From Azolla caroliniana (taxonomy: Eukaryota > Plantae > Polypodiophyta), in NCBI GenBank assembly GCA_043228905.1, contig JBHGNT010000009.1:3658001-3722000 (forward strand): a DNA stretch of 64,000 nucleotides, written 5' to 3'. The notes below the pieces were generated by a model. That model worked only from the letters and a program-made list of their open reading frames with translations, had not been told where the DNA came from and did no database searches. The translations under genes and the position numbers were made by a program. Below are positions 25,396 to 38,111 of the stretch, piece after piece. How positions within the stretch are numbered: the first letter of the stretch is position 1; every line of letters starts with the position of its first letter.

Positions 25396-26835
25396 TGTCA
25401 TGATGTGGCGTGCTCGAGGGTGGGAAAAACCGGCGAAAGGGGGGGGTAAAAAATGTGCATGTGCAATGTGTGTGCACACAAAAGCGATTAATTGTGCATA
25501 TGCAAAATAAAAAGGAAAAGAAAGGGTGAAAAGGAGGTATAGAAGCTCGTGCAAAAAGTAAGAGAGAGGAGAGATAAATGGTAGAGGGGAGACATGCTAT
25601 AAATTTATAGAGATAGAATTATATATTGTATAAAAGAGAGTTAGTGGGCTAATGAATAGTTACATTGACTACTAGCTAAAGGTGTACGGTTCGAATCTAG
25701 TCTTACAGTGTAGCGTGATTTAAGGAATTTTATTCCTTTTTCATTGAAGACAAATTTGGCGACCCCCCCTTCTTTTTTTCCTATAAAAGGAGGTCGAGGG
25801 GGGCTCATTGAGGATGACGTTTTGGGAGGAGGAGACTATCGTCAATTTTCTTTCGAAGCTCTTCATCTCCTTATTCACCACTTCTCTTCATCTCATACCC
25901 CTTCATCCCCCCATCGCCACGTGCTCGTCTTATTCGTGTCGGCACTCGAAGTGCTTGTGAGCCCAAGCTTCGTTGGTTCGACGTTGCTCCACCCTGTTCG
26001 TCGTTGCGAGCCCGTGTGCTCGCCGTTCGGGTGGTCGTGGTTCGTTGGGATTGGCATTTTGGTGGTGCTCGTGTGTTCATCTTCGCCGTGTTCGGTATTG
26101 CCTTGTCTCTAAGGGCATTTAATATTTATGTTTTGATTGAGCTTGTGGTTAACTATAAGTTGCCATTGTAAACAAAACCCTATTTTATAAAGGGTCCTCT
26201 TGCGTTAGAATCGAACACGTATTTATCTCTTTGGTCAATATCATTCGTGTTTCTTTCTTGTACGTTCGGTTGTCTTGTGACGAGGGGACCGTTCGGGCTT
26301 GCCCATGCACCTCTCCTCCTCATAAAGGCGTACAAGCATTTGTGTGTGTGTTTGTGTCTTCCTCGTACGTTCGGCCGTCTTGTGACGAGGGGACTGTTCG
26401 GGCTTGCCCATGCACCTCTCCTCCTCATAAAGGCGTATGAGCATTTTGTGCATGTGTTTTGTGTCTTCCTCGTACGTTCGACGTCTTGTGACGAGGGAGC
26501 ATTCGGGCGCGCCCATGCACCTCTCCTCCTCATAAAGACGTACGGACATTCGTGTTTGTGTTATCGTCCCCTTGTGCGTTCATGTTGCGTGCTCATCTTG
26601 CTTGTACCCGTTTGGTCACTTGGCTCGTACGGTGATCTCGGAAGGTCGCGAGTTGTGATCAATGAGAGCCACTGGCCTCACAAAACAAAGGGCAACGAGA
26701 CCTTGCTCGAGAAGGGGTTGGGAAGTAGTATTGTCGTAAAGCAAACCTCGGGTCTTCTCTATCCCTTGACTACTCCCTAGTCCGAGACCCCCGTGGTCCT
26801 GCCCAAGTAACACACGTGCGCGAAACTTCGCGACA
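25396..26835 (+). mobile_element. Long (1.44-kb) LTR of the Trp-primed family with internal tandem repeats
   Basis: TGTCATGA..CGCGACA; TATAAAA near 25783; U5 motif GTCCGAGACCCCCGTGGTCC. No matching right TSD. Confidence 0.85.
26250..26550. repeat. Three ~105-120-bp tandem units inside the LTR
   Basis: TACGTTCG..GTCTTGTGACGAGGG..TTCGGGC..GCCCATGCACCTCTCCTCCTCATAAAG occurs three times. Confidence 0.9.
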
Positions 26836-27089
26836 TAAATTGGTTGAGATAACTCTTCATATTGTTATACTTTCTCCGCACTTACTTGTTGTAAGTCTCC
26901 CAATAGTCTTTGATTTTCTTGCTCCAATGCCACGAATTTAGTTGTTAGCATGTCAAGCTCGGAGAGAACGCGCATATATTCTTGCTTGCTGACAGACTCC
27001 ATAGTTATGCAAGAAAATTGATAGTTTGCTTGAATAAGTAAGAGAATAAGAAGAAGTTGGAGAAGAAGAAAAGAGAATTTGGTTCAAAC

Positions 27090-27142
27090 TATCGTGACTC
27101 AGAGTAGGAGAGAGAGAATAGAGGAAAGAAGATGATAGAAGG

Positions 27143-27192
<50 letters not shown>

Positions 27193-27527
27193 TAGAAATG
27201 AAAAGGGGTTTATATTATAAGAGAACAAGGGTTACGAAGAGTAGGCTAAGGGGCTGAAGACTAGTGTTGAACTGAATGAGTTGTGATGAATGAATAGACA
27301 CCTATTTATAGGTCCTTATGGAGTATTTTAGAATGTTTTAGAATATTTATGATATTTAAGATAATCATGGAATATTCTAGAATACTCTAAATATCTTGTA
27401 ATAACTAATAATATAATTATTATAACCATACATCATATATGTTATTATAATGGTTAAAGGTTTAATACATAGGCCAAGAAGTTGTGGGTTTGAATCCTTG
27501 TAAGCCAAAGTGTATGTCTTCATGACA
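27090..27527 (-). repeat. 5' LTR of element A
   Basis: Matches 4944-6055; contains a (GA)n tract and TATAAAT near 27305; adjacent GTTTGAACCAAATT self-priming-type PBS. Confidence 0.9.
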
Positions 27528-27532
27528 CTATT

Positions 27533-28300
27533 AAGTTTATCCTTTTACAGATCGACAACCTAATCATTGGAGGAGAAAATGAAGCACCACTCTCCCCCAT
27601 TTTTGAAATGAACGATATGGACAAGCTCAATACCTGCTTCATATCGAGATATCATCCACAAACCTTGTGGAATCATGTATTTTCAATGAGATTACATCTT
27701 GAAATTATTTCATCAAATTTGGCATGAAGGATTGCAAGTTGATCATGACGCTGGTCAACCATAATCTTAAAATACAATATCATAGCAATCCAACATAGTA
27801 TTTCCAAGTAAAGGAAAGGATTATCTCTACTTAACAATCACTTGCCCCAACCTAAGGTACATAAATGGCCTCCTAAGGCAATTCCTGCAAACACCATGTG
27901 ATGGACACTTTGATTGCTACGCATATGATGTGATATGTGCGTGGCACTGCAGAAGCCAACTTATTCTACTAAGTAAGGGTTCTTACCTTACTTGAAGGCC
28001 ACAAAGACACCAATTAGGTTGATAACTTTGTGAGTCAATGTTCGACGTTCAACAATTTACATTAGATTTGCACATTCTCATTGAGAAGTTCCACCATATC
28101 TTGGAGTAGCAAAAAGAAACCTATAGTGGCTCTATAGAGCACAGAAGAGTATCGAGGCGCAACTGTCACTTGTGAAGTTGTATGGTTCAAGTGGGTGTTG
28201 AAAGACCCCGACATTTGGGTCAATAGCTCAAATCAAGTGCTTGTGAAAATTATAGTAGCATACAATTGGCATGAAACCTAGTGTTCCATGCATGGACTAG
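27533..28300 (+). pseudogene. Decayed copia RT-RNase H (continuation of 1700-1912)
   Basis: IDNLIIGG (YVDDL-like), KFGMKDCK, YLTITCP, WSSKKKPIVAL*STEEEYRGA, LVFHAWT. Confidence 0.8.
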
Positions 28301-28688
28301 CGTTGAGAAAGAAACTATGGCCAGTGTGTGAACACGTGTGTCCATATACATTAAAAGTCCGCCTTCTTTTTATACAAGTTATTCCTAGTCATAAGTGATT
28401 AATCATAAGTGACACCTAATGAGAATGAGACTCGTTCCCCTCTCCTCTTTTATAAGGTTGGGGCATCCATTGTTTATTCTTGAATCTCCCCTATATGCTA
28501 ATACATATTTGTTCTTTGATACATTCTTGTGTGTGTGTGTGTGTGTGTGTCTACCACTCTATTTTTCTTCTTGTCTCTCCCACACATAACTACTATACAC
28601 ACATACACATAAGCCACCCAAGTGTTAGCATTCGTCACGAGTTTTTGGGTGTGTATTTGCAACACATTTCAGAGGTGAACCCAATAAT
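28301..28688 (+). mobile_element. Probable decayed LTR ending TTGCAACA, followed by a degenerate Trp-type PBS
   Basis: TATA-like motif near 28450, (TG)n tract, GGTGAACCC at ~28674. Left boundary uncertain. Confidence 0.35.
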
Positions 28689-28852
28689 GTCAATGGTCAA
28701 GCCCCCTTATCTATTATAATTTTCTAATCTCTTTATAACGATAAGTGCTTGATTTACATTACACAATGTTTGTCAAACAACCAATAACCTCTTAGAATAT
28801 TCAACAAGTTAATGGGTAAGTGCAAAATAGTATATCATCTTGTTGTTTCTAC

Positions 28853-29575
28853 CATAGTATGAACCATGCGTACCATTCGTGCATTCGTGCTCGAGAATGA
28901 TTCAATCATTCGAGAAGGGTAAACACCCTCAAAGAATGATAAATACCATACTTTTGGATAAATTATTTACTATAAGGTATATTTTTTTCAAGGTAATTTT
29001 TTTTTTAAAAATTGCAAAAAAAAAAATACCTTCTTAATAACAGAAATTACAAAGAAATTACAACAAAATTACAGAAATTATAGAGAAATTACAAAAATTA
29101 TAGAAATTATAGAAATTACAAAACAATTACAGAAATTACAACAAAATTATAGAAATTACAAAACAATTAGAGAAATTACAACAAAATTACAGAAATTACA
29201 GAAATTACAGAATTTACAGAATTTATAGAGAAATTATAGAAATTACGAATTACCAAATTTACAAAAATTAGTGAAAAATTACATAAAGTAATGGCCGGGA
29301 GAAGATGTGGTCATTGACTCACTATTGACTAGTGTGCATGATGCAAGCAGTAGATCGTTCAAGGAAAAGGGGGAAAAGGGGAGGAGAGCGTAGCGTTGAT
29401 GTGCAGAGGAAAAAGGAGGGAAAGAGGTAAAAAACCAAAAACAAAAGGTAAAAAAAGGGAAAAAAGGGAAAAAACAAAACAAAAAAAACACGAATATTTG
29501 AATATCATTCGTGTTCGTTTTCCAATGTAGGAAAACGAATGATATAGTAGACGAACACGGATTTTACGTAGTATG
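28853..29575. mobile_element. hAT-type MITE containing a 9-bp minisatellite
   Basis: Imperfect CATAGTA../..TAGTATG termini. Perfect 8-bp TSD GTTTCTAC (28845-28852, 29576-29583). ATTCG motifs; (ACAGAAATT)n at ~29040-29270. Confidence 0.8.
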
Positions 29576-31683
29576 GTTTCTACAATCTTTTAGTGAACAT
29601 TTAAGATAATGGTGTGATTTCCGATGGTTAAGTTTATTGTCATCTTAAATCCTTCTTAGTTATCATTTGTAGTGTTTATATGGAGATGAATGCAACTATG
29701 TTTCCCATTCTTTAGCTACTATATAATGACTAATACCTCGGTAATTTTAGATTTTTACTAAATAATATAAGAAATTATCAAATCATTTGCAACAAAACTG
29801 TCAATTCACCATGTTGTTGTATGATATTTGTTTTTGGGGGATGAAACTTAAGTACGCTTGAAGACATGATGGTATTGCTTGATTGTATATGTAATAAGCT
29901 ATCTCTCTAAAGGATAGACCTAATGAGGTCATATTGGGTTTCAAGAAGACAATGACGAAGAAGAAACATATTGGTACATTGGATGTGTGTATGTGTCATT
30001 TGTAAGTAAAAATGGCACGAACTTTCAAAGAACCAGTTTAAAATACAACTATGATTTTAGTGGGTCTACATTTTGATATATTTCGATAAATAGCTAGAAA
30101 AGAGTAGGTTTGACTTTTGTATAACTATTATTTGCTAGTTTGGTAAAATATGTCCTTACAAAACATTAATAATGGAATCTCTTATAAATATGATAATATG
30201 TGCCACAAAAGCTCATGAATTTTGCATATTACAAGCATTTTATCATATTTAATTCATAGGTCTCATCACCATGATGGGCTCTTTTAATTGGGTCCAATTT
30301 TTGTTTTTGGAGTAATGGTTAAGGGGTCTAGACTCTCTATCTTGTCTCGAAGTATTCCAAAGCTACATTATTATTTTTAATAACATCATAAATTCCATAA
30401 TCAATGGATTATTAGCAAGATTACAATAGAACTATTAATAATGCCCTTGGTTTTCTGATTATAAAATAAACAGATTATTTTAATTTAGAATCGGCCAATT
30501 AGTGTTTTTGTATACCATGGCGACTAGACCACCTTTTTGGTGGACAAAACCTACCAAGGCTTTGAATTTGAATCAAGTTTTGAAAGCAGTAATGAAGTAT
30601 TTATATGGGGGTGACCCCTACATGACCCATGTTGTAGGCCACCCCTAACATACATAGAACCATCATTTGATTGTGAAAGATAGATAAACATAGCAACATT
30701 ATTTTTATGATGGTTTGGTCCAATTGCGATATAATGCATTCCATTATTTGGGACTTGGGTACAACATGTAACTTTTAAACACAATCTTGTTACTTTTTCA
30801 AACCATCAAAATGCAATGACTTGCCAAAATAGGCAATGTCCTCTAAGTGCATGATATTATTCTCTAGGTTTGGTTGCATGTATGATTCATGAATATAAGC
30901 AATTAGTTGTTTATTGTACGAAACAATTTCCCTTTCCTTGTGTTTGTAGAAGTTACAATACACAAAGTATGGATGGATTCTCATCTCACGACTTACTTTA
31001 GAACCTCATATTCTAGTTGCTTCTCATAAAGCTTGTATTCTACAACACAGACAAACTATTTTGTTGCACCAACTTATTCATCATGTGTGTTGATGGATGT
31101 TGACATACATGAACATGTAGTATGTCAATGCTATAATGAATCATGATTCTTCAATTCCTAATCAATATAGTAAACATAACTATGGTTCATCTTTTCTACC
31201 CATACAATCAATTAATAAATTCAATACTAAGAAATTGTGTATCACATCATATTGTACATTGTTTTTGTACTTTTTGTGAAATTTTCATATCAGGAATTAT
31301 CTATAGCTTCAAATTCATCTAGAATTCACTCATTGAACTTTTTGTAAAATTTTCATATTGAGGATTATATATAGGCCCAAGTCCTCATATACACATCAAG
31401 ACTTTGTGCTTCAAAGTATGAACCTCTCTTCTTATTTAGATCCCATGGGTCCATATTGGCCTCCACATTTAACCTAATCTAATCATTAAAAAGTTACATA
31501 AACATCAATATTCTCAATGTCAATTGTCATGCACCCACAGAAACAATGCCAGAAACCTACTTGAACAAGATTACAAGAAACACTAAATGATAGCCAACAA
31601 GTTAGAATAAAGATATGGTATGTAAATTGCTAGAAAGATTGCAACAAGAATGAGAGAAAGTCATCAAGAAAGATTCACAAGTG

Positions 31684-32150
31684 TTTTTTTTCCAAAAAAA
31701 CACTACTTCACATTAGTTAGCAAACAATTACATCATAGACCACCAAAAATTCAACAACCCTCACTCTGGCCTTCTCACCAAAGTGGACATAGTCCCCACC
31801 TCATTTACAACAAAAGTATCTACAACTCCTATAACCTAGTAATTTGTACCATATCTATACATAGTTACAGCACCTGGGCATTGATGGAAGCCATTGGGGG
31901 AAACCGCCATCAGGGTGCTTGGTAGTTCCATTCAAGCCCTGATCATCATCTCCCCACCATAGGAGAACTACCCCATTTCAGCAAGAACTTTGATCGAGCT
32001 CTTTCAGCTGCATCAGATTCCCCCTAAATCGAGTCGTACCGTTCCCGCAACCAAGATACCAATTCGAACTAGATATTTAACAACACCTCACCGCTAGGGA
32101 TCTTTTGCTGTTGAAAAACAAACTTACAACGCCTAGTCCAAATGTGCCAA
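31684..32150 (-). pseudogene. 3' fragment of an L1-like LINE related to 38920-49837
   Basis: Translates IWTRRCKFVF..LRERYDSI*GESDAAE..WGSSP..WNYQAP, homologous to ORF 38996-39280; same type of 3' tail. Confidence 0.75.
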
Positions 32151-32211
32151 ACCGATAAATACGCCACCATCATCCATATCTCTTCAAAACATTCTGAGTT
32201 AGTGCCAGGTC

Positions 32212-32431
32212 GAACTCCAACACGTTGAAACACCTTGCCACCCTGCACTATAAATCCATGACCATGGGGGTTTAACTGTCAACTCTAGAATGTTTTAGAA
32301 CTTCTAGAAACTAACTACATTGAACTCCAACACGTTGAAACACCTTGCCACCCTGCACTATAAATCCATGACCATGGGGGTTTAACTGTCAACTCTAGAA
32401 TGTTTTAGAACTTCTAGAAACTAACTACATT
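32212..32431. repeat. Perfect 110-bp tandem duplication ending at the copia LTR junction
   Basis: 32212-32321 is identical to 32322-32431. Confidence 0.9.
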
Positions 32432-35400
32432 GTAGAAAGTAGCGTGCGGAAGCAGGTATGAAGACAGAACAGAGGAAGGAAACACAGGTTTAATGGAGAG
32501 CTTGGGCTTACGCAGTATACGCGGGAGAGACAGAGAGGGAAACAAAAGAACTATATTTTTCACAATAATACTCAATCTATGTACATAAGACGTGCTCAGT
32601 GAGCACTTTTATACAAGTCCTAAAAGGACTGACCGAAGTGTTGACAGTACTTCAATGCTCATCAAGAGCTCCTACACTAACTCCCAAACATATTCCTCAC
32701 GGAATATCTTTCCTAACGGCCTCCCGGTGTACGCACTCGGCCTAACCGATCGGTCCCAACCGATCCGGTCCTCGGCTTCTTCAGCCGATCCGGCCGATGT
32801 TGAGCTTGTCTCTCAACACTACCCCTCAAGCTCAACTCGAGGCTCTTCGGGATCCTCAGGCTCACAGCTCCGGTTCCTCCTGACTTCACGCCTCGCTCGC
32901 GCTTCTCGACCTGTTCGACTCCGCGCGCTTCGACCCTTCTAGTCGGCTTGTCTGCTCATGTGACCCTCATCAGCTCTTCTGAGGTTGCAGTGTTGACGCT
33001 TCTTCTGTTGCCTTTTCTTCCGCTTGGGCCTCGGTTGATTCAGCGTGACTGAATCAAACATCCGAACCGACTCGGCTACCTCCGATCGGTTTTCGCTCTC
33101 GTCCGAGTTGGCTGTCTCCAACTCGTCTTCGGTCTTCTCGCCCTCGATGGCGTCATCCTCCTCATGCGTGGTTGGCTTTGACTCTCTCCTTCGATTGCTC
33201 CCCTTCTGTCCTCTTCCGAACTTTTCCGCGGGTCCGCCCTCGGCTTCTTCAGCGGATCCGTCTTCAACCGAGTCAACAAACGAGTCAACCGACTCGGTGT
33301 CATGGTCACTGCTCCTTTCCTGCTGCCTTGCTTGGTCGTTCAGGACTGTTCTCCCCCTCAAGTTCGGCACGTCGAGGTGACGCAACCCGAGCGCACCTGA
33401 GAATTGTCGCAACTTGTCCAGACCAAGCGGCTTGGTGAAGATGTCGGCAATCTGCCGATCTGTCGGAACGTACTGAAGTTCGACTTCTCCGGAAAGGACA
33501 CGCTCACGGACGAAATGGTAATGCACCTCAATGTGCTTGGTCCGTGCGTGGAAAACGGGGTTCTTCGCGAGTTGGATGTTGTTGAGGTTGTCGCAGTAGA
33601 TCGTCGTTGGATCTGACACCTCCTCTTGCAGGTCCTTAAGAAGCCGCTTCAACCATATGGCTTCGCATGTCGCGACAACCGCTCCTCGGTACTCAGCTTC
33701 GGTGCTCGACAATGCGACTGTCGGCTGCTTCTTACTGCTCCACGCTATCGTGGCACTCCCGAGGGAGAACGCGTATCCGGACGTGGATCGGCAATCGGCG
33801 GTGTTGCCAGCCCAATCAGCATCGGTGTAGCCGACTAGCTGCGCGGCTGCACCGGTTCGATATAGCAATCCCCGGTCCTTAGTGCCGTTGACATACCGAA
33901 GTATCCGTTGCGCACACTGAAGGTGCTCCTCAGTAGGTCGTGCCATGACCTGACTAATCACCCCAACCGGATAACTGAGGTCGGGTCGGGTGATGGTCAA
34001 GTATATGAGGCTTCCGACAATTTGTCGGAACCTCGTTGGGTCGCATACCTTTCCCGTATCGGGATGAAGCTTCATGGTTCTATCCAGAGGAGTCGAGATG
34101 GACTTATAGTCGGCCATCCCGAATTTGAAGAGCATACTCAACACGTAATGACGTTGGCTGATCAATATGCCTTCGGGGGTACGGATCACTTCGATCCCGA
34201 GGAAGTAATGAAGGTCCCCCAGATCCTTCATGTCGAACGATGCCGCAAGCTGGAGCTTCACGCGGTCGATTTCACCTAGGTCGGCGCCGGTGATGACCAA
34301 GTCATCAACATACAGTAAAGTACTAACCGGTCCAAGTCGACCTTTCCGGATGAACAGGTAAGAGTCCGACTTTGACGTGACGAAGCCCATCCGACGCAGT
34401 TGTTGCGTGATCTTTGCGTTCCAGGCACGCGGGGCTTGCTTCAGTCCGTAAAGAGACTTCTTCAGTCGGCATACTACCGAGGAGTTCGTTCCGGAGTGAA
34501 ATCCGGGGGGTTGTACCATGTACACCTGTTCCTCAAGGTCACCTTGCAGGAAAGCATTCTTTACATCCATCTGATGTAGGTGCCACCCCTTCGCCGCAGC
34601 TACTGCCAGCAAAACACGGACGATCGTCATTTTCGCGACCGGCGCAAACGTCTCATCGTAGTCGATGCCGTGTTTCTGCGCGTAGCCCTTTGCCACTAGC
34701 CGAGCCTTGTACCGGTTGACCGAGCTATCAGTGTTGTACTTGACCTTGTACACCCATCTACACCCGATCGGCTTCACACCCTTCGGTGCGTCAACTAGGT
34801 CCCAGGTCTCGTTCTCCGCTAATGCGTGCATCTCTTCCTCCATCGCGGCACGCCAATTCGCGTCTTTAGCCGCTTCTGCGTAGCTCTCCGGCTCACGCAC
34901 TTCCGCTACACGGGTCATGTACGCATAATGATGCGCCATGTACTCGTTGTATCCGAACCGCACAACTGGGTTCTTTTGGCGGGTAGATCGGTGTAATCTC
35001 ACATTAGCCGATGTCGAGGCCTTCTCGGTCGACGCGGTCTTCACCTTTAAAGACCCGTCACCGGTTCCCTCGGAGTCAGACTCGCGTCGGTCAGACTCAT
35101 TCCTTTCCGTGCCGGAATCCGACACCTTCTTCTTCCCTTTCTCTTTGCGCGTAAGCCGTCTCCTCGGCTTCCTGGACGGGGAATGCACGACCGAGTCTCC
35201 ACTACTCGCCAGCTCTTCATCGGACTGGTCGTACCGACTTAGTCGTCCCATCGGTCCGCTTAACCGGAGTGAAATTGGACTCTCTTCGCGGGTCTCAATT
35301 TCGGGCACATCCGGAGGCATCTCGGCCTTGCTGACCTCATCGTCAAAACTTGGATTGGACTCGGGGTTCGGAGTCGGGGGCTTGTACCAGGACGCAGACT

Positions 35401-38111
35401 CGTCAACCACAACGTCGCGGCTAACACGCGCTTGTTTGGTGCGAGGGTTATAGCACTTATAACCCTTCTGCTCGTCCGAGTAACCGACCAAGATGCATTT
35501 CTCGGCCTTTGCGTCCAGCTTCCTCCTTTTCTCCTTCGGTACATGCACATACGCAATGCTACCGAACACCCTCAAGTGTTGTAAGTTCGGTTTCGTTCCG
35601 AAATATAGCTCGTGCGCTGACACTTTGTCTCCAATCCGGTTCTAGATGTATACCGCGGTCCTTACCGCCTCGGCCCAGTAGAACTTGGGCAAGCTCTTCT
35701 CCTCCAGCATTGCCCGTGCCGCTTCCACAATCGACCGATTCTTCCTCTCGGCCACGCCGTTCTGCTCCGGCGTGTATCTACAACTGAATTCGCGGCGAAT
35801 TCCCATTTGTTGCAGATAACCGTTGAATTGACCGAAAAAGTACTCTTTCCCGCCATCCGACCGCAGGCACTTGATCTTTCGTCCCGTTTCGGCTTCCACG
35901 AACCCTTTGAGGTCCCGAAAACAGTCGAAGACTTCGCTCTTCCTCTCAATGAGGTAGATCCACGTGTGTCGTGTGTGGTCGTCGATGAAGGAGACGAAAT
36001 ATCGGCTCCCGCCAAGACTAACATTTTGTGTTGGCCCCCACACATCTGAGTGTATAAGGTCGAGCTTGTTCCGGCTCCGGTTTCGCTCATTGGGGAAAGG
36101 AAGTCGGTGTTGCTTCCCGAGCTGGCAGGCTTCACAAATTTGTGCCTTTCGGCCACTAAACTTGGGCAAACCGAACACTACCTGTTTCGTTTGCAGATCT
36201 TGAAGCCGCTGGTAGTTGACGTGGCCTATCCGCTTGTGCCACAAGTCGATGTCCGACTCGGCTTTTTGTCCCTTTGCGAACATTGCGGTGCTGCCGTCAG
36301 TGGAATCGAGGATGAACATCCTCCCGTCTCTGCGCCCTTGTGCAATCACACGGCCTTCTTCCTCAATGAAGCACCTGAGGTATGTAAACCGAACATCCAT
36401 CCCTTGGTCGACGATCTGTCCGACCGAGACCAAGTTCTTCGTGATTGTCGGAACGTGCAACACGTTCTTGAGTTTCCCTTTCTGCCCGACATGGCTAAGG
36501 GGAACTTCTCTGACATTCGCGATCGGATGTGGAGTGTCGTCTCCTGTTGCGACTACTCCCGGTTGTATCGGTTTTTCAAGGTACGAGAACCACTCCTTAT
36601 GGCTCGTCATGTGGTTTGACGCGCCGGAGTCCACGTACCACACCTCGTCTGATCTTGGGGTGCTCTGTTTCATTGAGTTTGCTTCGTGTTTTGTCACGAA
36701 GACAGACCCTTCTCCGGCTCTCCCGGAGTCTTCGGCGTAGTGCGATCGCTGCCGATTTCCCTTGTCGGTATGTCTGGAGCCGTTCCCGGAACCAGTTCTC
36801 TCCGAATCGGCGCGCTTCTTCTAGCACTCGCTTTCCCTGTGGCCTTTCTTGCCACAATACAAGCACTCCGCGATGGACTTCCCTTGCCGGTTCTCATCGC
36901 TTCGACTCCCCCTGTTTCCGGAGGGTCCGGAGTTGCTGTGGGCATCACTTCGGTGCCTTCTTTCTTGATCTCATCGGCCGCCTCCATTGCGTGCCAAGTC
37001 GCCTCGTCGTCCATGTCCACGGGGCCTATCTCCCTCCATATACAGCATTCTGCTGTCGGTGTGCGTGCTCGTCGACGCACCCACGTGGTTCTCCTCTACC
37101 AGGAGCATCGACTGTAGGTCGAAAAAGGACGGCGTATTCTCTCGGGTACACACAGCCGTTCGGAACGCTCCGAACTTCGACGCCAAACCTCCGAGACAGA
37201 TCTGGACCATCTCGCTCTCCTCGATGTTCACCTCTATGGAGGCGAGGGAGTCGCAGATATCCTTGATCTTCGAGGTATAGTCCGCCACCGACAAGTCGCG
37301 TTGTCGTAGGTTGCTCAACTCCTGTCGGAGCTGAAGCTTCCTAGCTGTGGTGCTTGCGGCGAAAATGTTCTTCAGATTTTCCCACGCACCCTTCGGCGTC
37401 TTTGCATCCCGAACATAGCTCAATAGTTGTTCGCCCACACACGACGCGAAGCAGTATAGTACCCTGCTCGTTGATTGCTCCCACAACGGGAAGTCTCTGT
37501 GTGACGACTCGGGTGCCGCGTCATTAGCTCCTTCGACATAACTCCAGTAGCCATGCCCGAGCAGGTACTGGTGCATCTTGTAGGACCAAGACGCGTAGTT
37601 GGTTCTGTTGAGCTTCTTTGTTGGAAGCGAGCTCGCCATGCCTCTATCCATCATTCTTCTTGTTCTTCTTCGTCAAGCTGTGTCGGCTGTAGAGAGGTTC
37701 TCAACCCTCGCACTCTGATACCATGTAGAAAGTAGCGTGCGGAAGTAGGTATGAAGACAGAACAAAGGAAGGAAACACAGGTTTAATGGAGATCTTGGGT
37801 TTACGCAGTATACACGTGAGAGACAGAGAGAGAAACAAAAGAACTATATTTTTCACAATAATACTCAATCTATGTACATAAGACGTGCTCAGTGAGCACT
37901 TTTATACAAGTCCTAAAAGGACTGATCGAAGTACTGACAGTACTTCAATGCTCATCAAGAGCTCCTACACTAACTCCCCAATATATTCCTCACGGAATAT
38001 CTTTCCTAACGGCCTCCCGGTGTACGCACTTGGCCTAACCGATCGGTCCCAACCGATCCGGTCCTCGGCTTCTTCAGCCGATCCGGCCGATGTTGAGCTT
38101 GTCTCTCAACA
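32431..38111 (-). mobile_element. Full-length Ty1/copia LTR retrotransposon
   Basis: 388-bp LTRs 32431-32818 and 37724-38111 (about 13 differences by eye). TSD TACAT. PBS TGGTATCAGAG (tRNA-iMet) 37713-37723; PPT 32819-32831. Confidence 0.97.
32939..37654 (-). pseudogene. gag-pol: Copia gag-pol polyprotein: single frame with three premature stops (36971, ~36822, 35642)
   Basis: ORFs 36971-37654, 35642-36697 and 32939-35623 are in frame. Motifs CLYCGKKGH, WYVDSGAS, LWHKRIGH, RSDGGKEY, YVDDL, YTDADWA, IADIFTK. Confidence 0.95.

Larger units (their letters stand above)
21018..27010 (-). pseudogene. Element A gag-PR-RT-RNase H remnants (interrupted)
   Basis: Fragments 21029-21484, 21494-21697, 22143-22488, 22590-22898 and 25030-25341 are homologous to element B proteins. 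Confidence 0.85.
1913..27527 (-). mobile_element. Complex A: degenerate Ty3/gypsy chromovirus (Tcn1-like) with three LTR copies and many nested insertions
   Basis: LTR ends TGTTGTGACTTAGAG (1913), TATCATGACTCAGAG (4944), TATCGTGACTCAGAG (27090); right end CATGACA 27527. TSD CTACT 1908-1912 / CTATT 27528-27532. PPT at 6056-6070. Gag (EPKISLPAK), protease, RT (PWGPIYNLS, DYRGLNK), RNase H (DASDFALG), integrase and chromodomain remnants are present. Confidence 0.85.

Noticed and set aside
26250-26550. CRISPR-like array
   Set aside because: Long tandem units without unique spacers, inside an LTR of eukaryotic DNA; no cas genes.
29600-31680. Host gene exons in the AT-rich interval
   Set aside because: Only short low-complexity ORFs with no recognisable domain or exon chain; left unannotated.
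36971-36973. Programmed gag stop or readthrough in the copia
   Set aside because: The stop precedes the zinc knuckle and, like the other two stops, is explained by a single transition mutation.
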